From Eledone cirrhosa (Eukaryota): DNA of 64,000 nucleotides. The stretch is taken from contig OZ024741.1 in assembly GCA_964016885.1 (NCBI GenBank), positions 55,552,001 to 55,616,000 on the forward strand. Reading direction: 5' to 3'. Positions 1-10,716 of this stretch are shown here, piece by piece. Position 1 is the first letter of the stretch, and every line of letters starts with the position of its first letter. Below the pieces are notes generated by a model, which worked only from the letters and a program-made list of their open reading frames with translations, ran no database searches and was not told the DNA's origin. A program made the position numbers and the translations under genes.

Positions 1-1587
1 TTTTTCAAACTTATGGGTAAATATGCAAATGAATATGTAAATAATTGAAAAACAACCGTTAATTTAAACGACTATGGAGAGTTTAGTAAGAGAGAGAGAA
101 GAGAAGAAGGAAAAAATAGTAAGAGAGAGAGAGAAAAAGGAAAAAAGCAAAGATAAATGAAAAGCTCATATAACGTTAATTTGAGGGAAATATATTCGAA
201 CAGTTATCTATGTATATATGTAAGTATATATTTTAATAGTATGTGTATTTATATTAAAAGATAATTTACAATTATTAGTTGTTTATAATTTGTTTATAAT
301 ATGAGTTACGAGGGATGTTTTTGTTCCGTTTTAATAAATAAATAAATAAATAAATGGGTATATTATGTAAATAAATATGTATTTAAATATGTATTTAAAA
401 TTGAGAATGATTTAAAATTAAATTAACGGAGTTAAGTAATATTTATATGATTGAAAAGGAAAGATAAGGAAAGATAAACTCCGATTTTATTTATTCGTTA
501 GTGTGAGACTATTTAGTCAAAATAAGTATGGATGCTTAAGATACATTTAGCCAGAATCAGTTTGTGGTTACTATCTACATTTAAATAATAGCTTTAGGTG
601 TCATTGTACTTAATAAAGACTTAAGAATTAAGAAATTAAGAAAATTAAAAAATAAAAACTTTTTTCAAAATTTTTTAATTTTTTAATTTTTTAATTTTTT
701 AATTTTTTAATTTTTTAATTTTTTAATTTTTTAATTTTTTAATTTTTTAATTTTTTAATTTTTTAATTTTTTAATTTTTTAATTTTTTAATTTTTTTATT
801 TTCTTAATTTTCTAAATTAAAAAATTTTTAAATTAAAAAATTTTTTTTTTTATCTAAAAAAAAACTTTAAAAAATTTTTATTTTCTTAATTACTTAATTC
901 TTAAGTCTTTATTAAGTACAATGACACCCTCTAAAGCTATTATTTAAATGTAGATAATAACCACTAACTGATTCAGGCTAAATGTATCTTAAGCATCCAC
1001 ACTTATTTTGACTAAATAGTCTCACACTAACGAATAAATAAAATCGGAGTTTATCTTTCCTTATCTTTGCTTTTCAACCATATAAATATTATTACTTAAC
1101 TCTGTTAATTTAATTTTAAATCATTCTCAATTTAAAATACATATTTAAATACATATTTATAAATACATATTTATTTACATAATATACCCTATATTTATTT
1201 ATTTATCTACTTAAAACGGAACAAAAACATCCCTCGTAACTCATATTATAAACAAATTATAAACAACTAATAATTGTAAATTATCCTTTTAATATAAATA
1301 CATATACTATTAAAATATATACTTACATATATACATAGATAACTGTTCGAATATATTTCCCTCAAATTAACTTTATATGAGCTTTTCATTTATCTTTGCT
1401 TTTTTCCTTCTTCTCTCTCTCTTACTATTTTTTCCTTCTTCTCTTCTCTCTCTCTTACTATTTTTTCCTTCTACTCTCTCTTACTATTATATATTATATA
1501 TCTAAACTCTCCATAGTCGTTTAAATTAACGGTTGTTTTTCAATTATTTACATATTCATTTGCATATTCACCCATAAGTTTGAAAAA
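1..1587. repeat. Large inverted repeat (arms about 700 bp; left arm probably continues beyond the window) around a (TTTTTTAA)n centre
   Basis: Position 1 tttttcaaacttatgggt is the reverse complement of acccataagtttgaaaaa ending at 1587. The arms match with scattered substitutions and indels. The 8-mer tandem lies at about 669-800. Confidence 0.9.
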
Positions 1588-1675
1588 TCCATTATACATT
1601 TCCACTATCCAGGGAATATTCAACTGATACGGTATGATTTTCCTGGGTATGTCTCTACTTATAAAACAAACTTTG

Positions 1676-1739
1676 TATTTTATCTGAAGAAAGCGTACCA
1701 AAGTGCTTTTGGTGCCCTTGAAATATATATAATAAAATA
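1676..1739 (+). ncRNA. Minimal type I hammerhead ribozyme motif
   Basis: TATTTTAT-CTGAAGA-stem II (GTACCAAA/TTTGGTGC)-GAA-ATATATAT-A|ATAAAATA. Stem I has 8 bp and stem III is palindromic. Confidence 0.7.
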
Positions 1740-2329
1740 AATATGGTTTTATAAATATAGTTTCCATTTATTTAATAACATTGATATATATACATATATA
1801 GATAGATATATAGGTGTATATATATGATGGTGTATATGTTTGTACGTGGGCGACTGTGTGGGCGTCTGTGTGTGTGTGTGTGTGTGAGTGTGTGTGTCTG
1901 TGTGTGTGTGCGAGAGAGAGAGTGAGTGTGTGTGTGTTTTCGTGAACTCTTATGGACACGCCAACCTAAATTCACTGAAGGATTATTCACTAATTCCCTC
2001 TCGTGGATTTTTACTCTCCGAAATGTGATTCACTTGACTATTCTTCACACACACCCACACCCCACACCCACCCCACCCACACACACAATGTTAATTGTAT
2101 CAATGTCCGCTGTAATCACCATTGGTCGTTTATCAATCGCCATGTCATACCGTATACACATGTGACCACAGTGAAAGATATCAAGTGAATAATTCACCAA
2201 TCTACATAGAAAAATAACTTTCTATAACATTCGATGTATATATGTGTGTGTGTATGTGTGCATGTATGTGTATATATGCATGTGTATATATGTGTGCGTG
2301 TATATGTGACACTTTATATGTGTATGGGA

Positions 2330-2370
<41 letters not shown>

Positions 2371-2371
<1 letters not shown>

Positions 2372-3059
2372 TAGCTGAATGACCCGGCGTTGCCCGGGTT
2401 ACTGCTATTCTTATTCAGATTAGTAAACAATAAATATGAAGATATTTTTTTTCTCAGAAATATTTTTATTTCAAAATATCTATATTTTATTTTTTTTTAA
2501 TTTAAAAATTGAATTTAGCAATGAAAATCTTTAAATCTTGAAGCACCTCAGGGTAAACAATATTCATTGTGTAATTTTTTGTTGGTGTCTAAATGAATAA
2601 ATTGTTGCTGCTTGCAGCTCGTGAGCAACCAACATAGAGTTGACTGTGGGAGAAACATGTAGTAGAGAGATCAAGTCCAGCTACCTTGAGGGATTGACCC
2701 TGAGATTTGTTAATTGAAATAACAAGACTTAGTTTGACTGGAAACTGAAGCCTCTTAAATTCAAATGAAACATAGACATACATTCATACAAACACACACA
2801 GAGCTTTACCGACAAACAGACACATATACACTCTCACAAACTTAAAAAAACACATATACAAAATGTGACGTTTTTGTTGTCGTCGTGTTATAAAATGTCG
2901 TTTACCTATAGTTGACTATAGAAAGATTATTTTAGATAAAATGTTATATTGTTTTAATCCAAATGAAAATAAAAATTACATGTTGTTAATACTAAAAATT
3001 TAGTTGATTTAGTTGAGCTATTTAAGAATGCATAAGGAGACAGACAGACAGAGAGACAA

Positions 3060-3070
<11 letters not shown>
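2371..3070 (-). mobile_element. Non-autonomous Helitron with PIF1 helicase C-terminal remnant
   Basis: Minus-strand 3' end is hairpin CCCGG..CCGGG followed by CTAG at 2371. ORF 2589-2783 has QFPVKL..SINKSQGQSL..HSQLYVGCSR (PIF1 motifs V/VI). A 5'-end-like TATATAAAA..TGTCTGTCT lies near 3070. Confidence 0.8.
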
Positions 3071-3121
<51 letters not shown>

Positions 3122-3198
3122 GATATTAACAAATGGAAACTATATATCAGTTATAAAAATATTTACTTGTTGTATCCCAACAATTTAAATAGAACTTT

Positions 3199-3237
<39 letters not shown>

Positions 3238-3333
3238 CTTTGTCTCTCTCTCTGTCTGTCTCCTTATACATTCTTAAATATATATATAGGAAAAGAGTCA
3301 GGACCCCGACAGCTGTTATATAGATATATTATA

Positions 3334-3520
3334 TCATCATCATCATCATCATCATCATCGTCATTTTACGTCCGCTTTTACATGCTTGCAAGGGTGGAAC
3401 GGGAACTGATTCTGGCTTGATTTCTACAGCTGGATGCCCTTCCTAACACCAACCTCATTTACAGTGAGTGCTAGGTACTTTTTTGCCGTGGCACCTCCTC
3501 GACCACTTTGCAGTGGAATG
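3334..3520 (-). mobile_element. 3' end of RTE-type LINE family with (GAT)n tail
   Basis: (CAT)n is followed by a conserved block with ctggatgcccttcctaacaccaacc. The same block occurs at 33617-33965 and 47053-47340, the latter adjoining RTE RT C-terminal coding sequence. Confidence 0.6.
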
Positions 3521-3529
3521 ATGTGAACC

Positions 3530-3686
3530 CCAGTCCCTATCATCTCATTTCTACAGCTGAGTAAACTGGAGCAATGTGAAATAAAGTGTCTTGCTCAAGG
3601 AAACAACACATCACCCTGTCTGAGAATTGAACTCACAACCTTTCGATTGCAAGGCCGATGCTCTAACCACTAAGCCATGTGCCTCC
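3530..3686 (-). mobile_element. tRNA-derived SINE with CORE-like body
   Basis: Minus strand has A box TGGCTTAGTGG and B box GAGTTCAATTC, then ccttgagcaagacacttta..ttgctccag. Confidence 0.75.
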
Positions 3687-3697
3687 ATATATATATA

Positions 3698-3886
3698 GCG
3701 AAGGAAGTGTGGTAAGGAACCAGGTGGACCATAACGCACCAGAGTACTCGATATTATGGGTAGTAGAGTGGGTAATAGGAAAAGAGCCAGGTCCCCTATG
3801 GCTGAGCTCCGGCCGTTTCGACAGCTATTTCAGAAATAGCTGTCGAAATGGCCGGAGCTCAGCCGTCGGGGTCCTGACTCTTTTTC
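3698..3886. mobile_element. Palindromic short element (family G) between (TA)n tracts, carrying the 3' half of an HHR on each arm
   Basis: Centre ctatttc-a-gaaatag at 3832. Arms carry GAAAYGGCCGGAGCTCAGCCGTC-like stem III. Related copies at 8405, 8645 and 60834. Confidence 0.75.
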
Positions 3887-4792
3887 TATATATATATATA
3901 TATACTAATAGATTTACGAAATAACTTTGTGCAGTTATAGCAGTGTAAAGCCGTGTCACACACTATTTTACTTAATGATAATTGAAATTTATACAAAATA
4001 CAGAGTATAGTCAATCAGATTTAGTAGTGTGGCTGCAATAATCGAACAAATCAATTAGAGTTATCAATAAAATTAATGCAACTAATATCAATCAATTGAT
4101 AAATCAAATCAATTAACCTTTAGAATTTCAAAAATATTTATATATACCCAAATGAGCGCTGGTTTCATCAGTGCTGAACTGTTAGTATAAGTTATGTACG
4201 TAAGTACATATTCCAACAGTTAGTTTTATAACAACCCGGAATTGGTAAGGTTCTTTCAGTGAGCTTGTCCAGTAAACAACAAAGGGTCAACGGGATATTA
4301 TTACAGGCACCCGACCTGCTAACAATAGTTAGCTCTGTATAGTTATGTTTGCCAGTGGCTTGAAATCAAGTCCCTGTAAAACCTACTGTTTTCTCTAAAT
4401 ATGGCAGGAAGTTAACGAAAAAATTACACGCGTCTTTAAAAAGACACTCAACTAGAATTACTACTCTGAGAAAAATATATAGAGACAGATTTTTATTGAT
4501 TTCTATCGATTCTTATCTATTCGAATGGTCCAGGTTAGTCTCCTACCTGTTTGTAGTTATCGTTGTTGTGGTTATAAACTATGGCAAACACTCACTTGAT
4601 CGTCTTATTCTTGGTGTCACACTTTCTTAACTTTGTGCTTACTCTGGACGAAAAGGTATTAACTTTTCGCACCGTTGAGTACTTTGTGACTGCATCAAAC
4701 AATTCGATTAGTATTTGTTCTACTGCGGCTACAACTTCGATTTAAATCCATTATTATTATTATTATTATTATTATATAACAATAATAATAAT

Positions 4793-4840
<48 letters not shown>

Positions 4841-4844
<4 letters not shown>

Positions 4845-4980
4845 GAAGTCTTATGAGCTCTTGATTCCAGAGTCGGGCCCAATCGATAGAGATCAAATCT
4901 TGAGCTGATCAATCGCGAAACGCGCGTCACACCAGAATAAACTTAATGATAATTTGACACCTCGTCCCTACTTATTATTA
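4841..4980 (+). mobile_element. Short (TA)n-flanked element with degenerate HHR
   Basis: CTTATGAG..long stem II..GCGAAACGCGCGTC followed by AATAAA. Homologous to 60062-60200. Confidence 0.5.
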
Positions 4981-5153
4981 ATATATACATATATATATAT
5001 ATATAGTTGTTATATAGTAAGGTGCATTATTGATTGTGTAAAATAGTCCAATAACTTTATGTTAGCAATATTAAGTTCTCCACGCTTTTGTTTATCTCCA
5101 ATTCCATTCAAGGGAACAGCTAGATAATGTAAAACGGAGTATAAGTATCAAAA

Positions 5154-5656
5154 TGTAGTGTTCAGTCGGTAGGAACGTGACAGTCGTAATTGTGGGAGCT
5201 CAATGTCTAAAGGAAACGGGTACTGTGTGTAGAGTTGTGTATAGAGAGCGTAATCGGTCCTAACTAAGTGTGTAAAACGACTAGCTATATCCCAACTGAG
5301 AGAACTTAATGGTTAGGGTATCTTAAATTAAAGGTAGGTGCGCGTAATCGGTCATGTCTGAGTGTGCAATCATTTACTTACTAGGTATACTAAGTGTGTA
5401 ATCAATCTAACTATTTACTAGCTAGGTATTCTAAAAAAGTGCACTTTTTTAGAATACCTAGCTAGTAAATAGTTAGATTGATTACACACTTAGTATACCT
5501 AGTAAGTAAATGATTGCACACTCAGACATGACCGATTACGCGCACCTACCTTTAATTTAAGATACCCTAACCATTAAGTTCTCTCAGTTGGGATATAGCT
5601 AGTCGTTTTACACACTTAGTTAGGATTGTCACGTTCCTACCGACTGAACACTACAC
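5154..5656. repeat. Palindrome with no spacer (core 5258-5625)
   Basis: Centre aaaaaagtg|cactttttt at 5441/5442. The outer segment 5154-5182 pairs with 5627-5656 across an indel. Confidence 0.9.
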
Positions 5657-6645
5657 CAGGTTTTGATCCGTGATATTCTAACCATGGAGGACTCACTGTT
5701 ACGGATTGAACAATAATACTGACACACCATTAATGGGCCTACACACATCCTTTGGATTTTACTATCCTGTGTTTTTTTACTTCACCCTCTGTGTTGGATA
5801 ACAGACCTCCACCACTCAAACAACTATCTTAAAAGCTCATTGGCCCATATGACGGGAAATCGTACTTACGGACGCATTTACCCAATACCCAACCCTACAC
5901 AGAACCCTTTGCTGGCCTACATTGCGGTTGCTTGCACGCACGGATTTGGTGACTCGGATTCTCAATGGGACAGCGGTACACAAGGAGTTCGATATGAGCT
6001 GATTGGTTGCTCTTCTTCTTGAAGATATGGATGTTACAATTCAATCTATACACGTATAGCAGAACACTGAACTGAACTTACTTGCTTGTGTGTGTGGGGG
6101 GTGGGCGTTGGTTAACCCAATATTTCCAATTTACATCGTCAAATTGAGATTTGACCAATATAGCTTCTGTTGTTTTGTGAACTAACTTTCGGTGAGTGCT
6201 GTGTTGGTACATTCTTATATTTGTTTTATTATATTTGTTTTATTATATTTGTTTTCTTATATTTGTTTTTTCTCAGACATCGCTTCGGTGTGTGTGAGAG
6301 TGTGTGTGTACCCACCCACACTAACTTAACTCTACAGGTTTAATACTGTGTTGATGTGTGTATATATATGTATATATTTGTTTCTTTGACCTCGAGTCGG
6401 TGTATGTGGGTGTGGAATGTGTGTGTACCCACTCACATTAACTGTGACTGACTGTATCCCTACAGATTTGATTGATGTCCACCGTCTTTTGCAGCGATAG
6501 AAATCTGAAAACTTTTATGACCTCAACTGAAGCTAATAGCAGTCGCCGTGTCTCTGACTGGTGTGTCTTTATATGAGGGAATGAATTCTGTGAGAGAACA
6601 TCGTTTTTTTCTCCCTCATATCAAGAATTTGAAGACAATTCATTT

Positions 6646-6719
6646 TCACCTGATGAGATCAGTGATAATCGATCATGGCTTCACAATCGATCTATCTCTT
6701 ATTGAAACATGTGTCGTGA
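6646..6719 (+). ncRNA. Type I hammerhead ribozyme motif with long stem II
   Basis: TCAC-CTGATGAG...-GAAACATGTGTC|GTGA, about 45 nt upstream of a (TA)n tract. Confidence 0.7.
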
Positions 6720-6762
6720 TTAAGTGATTGGAATTTTACCTTGCCTTCGGATTTTCATTTTG

Positions 6763-6793
<31 letters not shown>

Positions 6794-7469
6794 AACAATA
6801 GAAAGACGTCGCACACACACAGACGCACACACACAAAAGCTTCTTTCTATAAATGATTGAAAGCCACCAACACACGCGCAGACACACATGCACGCAGACA
6901 CACTCGCGTGTAGACACACTCACACGCACTCATCCGACACTCACGTGATAATATATACACACACAAATCGTACGTACTCACATACATAGAAACAACAGAA
7001 AAAGCCTACACACACACATACACAAAAGAACCCACAGACATACACACATACACACATCTGTGTGCGCACACTAACTATATAAGACTCTGAGACACCCACG
7101 TGTTCACACACACACACGCACGCACACACGCACATACGCACGCACACACACACAACCACACCCATGACACCCCTGTACCCTCCACTTTGTCCCCCACCCC
7201 CAAGTCCGGACCTTTCGCTTACCACCCCCAACCTATCAATCTCCTCCCAATACCCTTTTCGTAACTTCCTTTTCTAATTTTCACACACTATTTTCATACA
7301 TCTACCTGTCCTCTCCTCATTCGAATTTTCCTGGTAAATGACTTCTGTCCAAAACATCGAACTCTCCTCTATTTCCTCCAAGCATGAACCTTATATAACG
7401 GTGTATTTTTGCATTTGAATGTTGCGTCATATCCCTTCGACACCTACTAATTAGCATCCACAGAACAAG

Positions 7470-7930
7470 TCTGTCTACATGAGGCAGATATGAAAGTTGC
7501 GAAGGATGTTCTTCAGCAATTCTCTCTGAATGATGACAAAAATACACGCCTAGGGAAATCGTATAACCCTACTGAAAGAAATAAGCGGTTGAAAAGTTGT
7601 ATGCTTGTCATCAAAACGTCATGCACGTCTATGTTGTCAAAAAGTTTCAAAATAAGAGTCATAGATAACCAAAGTTGTCTATATTGGACCATTGACTATG
7701 TTTTTGAAAGATACAATTTTGCAATGAAGGAACGGGAAATAACAACGAAACACTTGATGCACAAAAGAGATGAAGGCAAAGCGCCTTGATATGACAACAG
7801 ATGCAGACTCTAGAATAAACATCAAGGATGTCACCTACAATACTATCTACCTATGAAGCATGATGTAGTGGCAAAAAGACTATACAATGCAATCCATAGA
7901 AAGGATATATCTTGACACACAAGTGAAAAA
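7470..7930 (+). pseudogene. Decayed R4/Dong-like non-LTR retrotransposon fragment
   Basis: FAMKEREITTKHLMHKRD and a downstream CRL..DVT..HDVVAK-like sequence are homologous to 40751-41341. Confidence 0.7.
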
Positions 7931-8322
7931 GATTTCCTGGATATAGAACGACAGTTTTGATTTGGAAATATTTGAACATGCAGGTAAAAACAACCTTCCT
8001 GGATATGGAACGACTATTCGATTGGTTGTTCTAGACATCTATGGCAAGGGGAAAAGATGGCTCATCCTGATTTCTACTTTATTCTAACAGTGAGTGTGGG
8101 AGGCGGGCGGGATGTGTATTTTTAAATTATATTAGAAAGGGATGTGCGAGAAAGAGCAAAGGAGTACTGAATACATATTTTAGAGTTGTTCATGTTTATT
8201 GTAAACAAAACTTTTTTTTTATCTTACAATGTACTCTTTATATTCATTTAATCTTTCCAAGCTTTGACCATGGTGGGCATCGCTATCATTGTTGCTATAT
8301 TCCCTCCTTCCCTATCTATCTG

Positions 8323-8404
<82 letters not shown>

Positions 8405-8406
<2 letters not shown>

Positions 8407-8606
8407 AAACTGTTTGACCCCGACGGCAGAGCTCAAGCCGTTTCGACGGCTATTTCTGGACTAAATTGCATAATTTAGTCCAGAAATGGCCGCCGAAACG
8501 GCTTGAACTCTGCTGTTGGGGTCAAACATTTTCCAATTACCCACTCTACTACCCTAAGTATTGAGTACTCTGGGTGTTATGGTCCATCTGGTTCCTTATC
8601 ACAACT

Positions 8607-8610
<4 letters not shown>
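8405..8610. mobile_element. Family G palindromic element in (TA)n
   Basis: Inverted arms around ggactaaatt-gcat-aatttagtcc, with (TA)n on both sides. Confidence 0.8.
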
Positions 8611-8644
<34 letters not shown>

Positions 8645-8818
8645 CGAAGGAAATGTGGAAAGGTGGACCATAACGCACCAAAGTACTCAATACTTAGGGT
8701 AGTAGAGTGGGTAATAGGAACGAGTAGGGCCCCGACGGCTGAGCTCAAGCCGTTTCGACAAGTCCAGAATTAGCCGTCGAAACGGCTTGAGCTCAGCCGT
8801 CGGGGTCCTACTCGTTCC
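8645..8818. mobile_element. Family G palindromic element in (TA)n
   Basis: ggaacgagtagggccccgacggctgagctcaagccgtttcgac is followed by its inverted copy, with (TA)n on both sides. Confidence 0.8.
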
Positions 8819-8982
8819 TATATATATATATGTGTGTATATATATATCGACAGTCTATCGACTTTCGTCGAATCTGACCGAGGAAACAATGCTTCCATCG
8901 GTCTTTACGTGAAATAAAGTATATATATATATAGTAATAATAATAAATTTGAAGACTAAAATCCAAAGAGGGCTCAATTTTA

Positions 8983-9025
<43 letters not shown>

Positions 9026-9133
9026 GTAGATATATATATAATATATGTATATATATATTATATATATACTTTATATATATGTATATATATATATTATATA
9101 TATACTTTAAATATATGTATATATATATATATA

Positions 9134-9185
<52 letters not shown>

Positions 9186-9216
9186 TAAAAGTATATATAT
9201 ATATACTTTAAATATA

Positions 9217-9324
<108 letters not shown>

Positions 9325-9330
9325 TATAAA

Positions 9331-10631
9331 CCCATGACTTCCAAACATCTGATCCACCGAAACTCGGCCATTTCGGACCATACCAAAATCAACATACTGA
9401 TTGCGGATTTGGTACGGGTGATGAGAAATGTGTCCCGCATGTGCAACCCCGAAGAACTAGAGAGACACATACAACACTTCATCCACCGTATGCAGTTCTC
9501 TGGCTACAATCAGAGAGATAGAATCAGAGTGTATAGAGGAGCCAGAACCAAATGGGAAAAAATGGTAAATAATGACATAAATGGGACCTGCCCCTTGTAT
9601 AGGAGCAAATTTTGAAATAGAATAGAAAGAACTAGGAACAAGGCCAATAGAATAAACTCATGGTATGATAGCAATAAATACCAGAGTGTAATGTTCATCA
9701 ATACAACCCCTAGAGGCGAACTAGCCTACAAATTTAGAAGGGCCCTAAATAAACATAAACTCAATATTAAGATAGTAGAAAGACCAGGTACCTCCGTAAA
9801 AACACTTATTAGCAAGACATACCCGTTCCAAAGACCCTCATGTATAGATAAGAAATGTATAACCTGTAAAATAAGCCCCCATATTAACTGTAAAACTAGA
9901 AATGTAGTGTATAGCATAAGATGTACTGAAGGACAATGTAGAAACAAAAATATAGTGTACATAGGTGAGACAGCTCGTAGTATAGGGGAACGGATAAATG
10001 AACACTGGCGAGACCTTCAAGATAATAAAGAATCATCTGTACTCTACCAACATGCTAAGATAGAACACAAGGGTAAATTAAAGAACATAGAAATAAAAAT
10101 AGAATCCACACACAGAAAAGATGCAATGTTTAGGCAAATTACAGAGGCAGTAAGCATAAAAGAATTACAACCAAAATTAAATAGAAAATATGAGTGGAAC
10201 AGCAACATCACAACTTACAATTAAGGACAAAATGAAAACACACACACACATAGAACAAACAACCAACCAACAACATGTAAATAAATAAACAAATAGATAA
10301 ATGAACACAAACACACACAGACACCCGGATGTGGCGCATGCGCAAACTGAACACACAACACACACACAGAAACAAAATGGCGTAGGACAGAAGAAAGGAA
10401 AGGCACAGAAACAAAGAAAGGAATCCCCAGTCACTGAAGAGGTCACAGAGTGTGTGACGAAAGGACTATGACTATATATAAACAACTATCTGGTTGTGGA
10501 ACTAACCAACCAACCAGAAATTTATAAGTTTGTAGATTTGTAAATTTATAAATTTATAAATATATAATAAATTGAAGTGAAAGCAACTGGTGCGTGTGTT
10601 TCTTATTGGCAACATGACCCTCCCAAAGTAT

Positions 10632-10637
<6 letters not shown>
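9331..10637 (+). mobile_element. 5'-truncated Penelope-like element, family A (RT thumb, Cys linker, GIY-YIG endonuclease, pseudo-LTR)
   Basis: [54 protein letters not shown] premature TGA near 9613 corresponds to Trp in the paralogue. (TA)n on both sides. Confidence 0.92.
10429..10473 (+). ncRNA. Minimal hammerhead in the family A pseudo-LTR
   Basis: AGTCA-CTGAAGAG-GTCACA/TGTGAC-GAAA-GGAC-TA|TGACT. Also present in both arms of the 23324, 38346 and 57082 elements. Confidence 0.75.

Positions 10638-10712
<75 letters not shown>

Positions 10713-10716
<4 letters not shown>

Noticed and set aside
3600-3686. tRNA genes here and at 33322, 44440 and 49010
   Set aside because: A and B boxes run into SINE bodies without a complete cloverleaf.
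9613-9615. In-frame TGA in the PLE ORF as possible selenocysteine
   Set aside because: It aligns with TGG (Trp) in the paralogue (SKFWNRIER), so it is an ordinary nonsense mutation.
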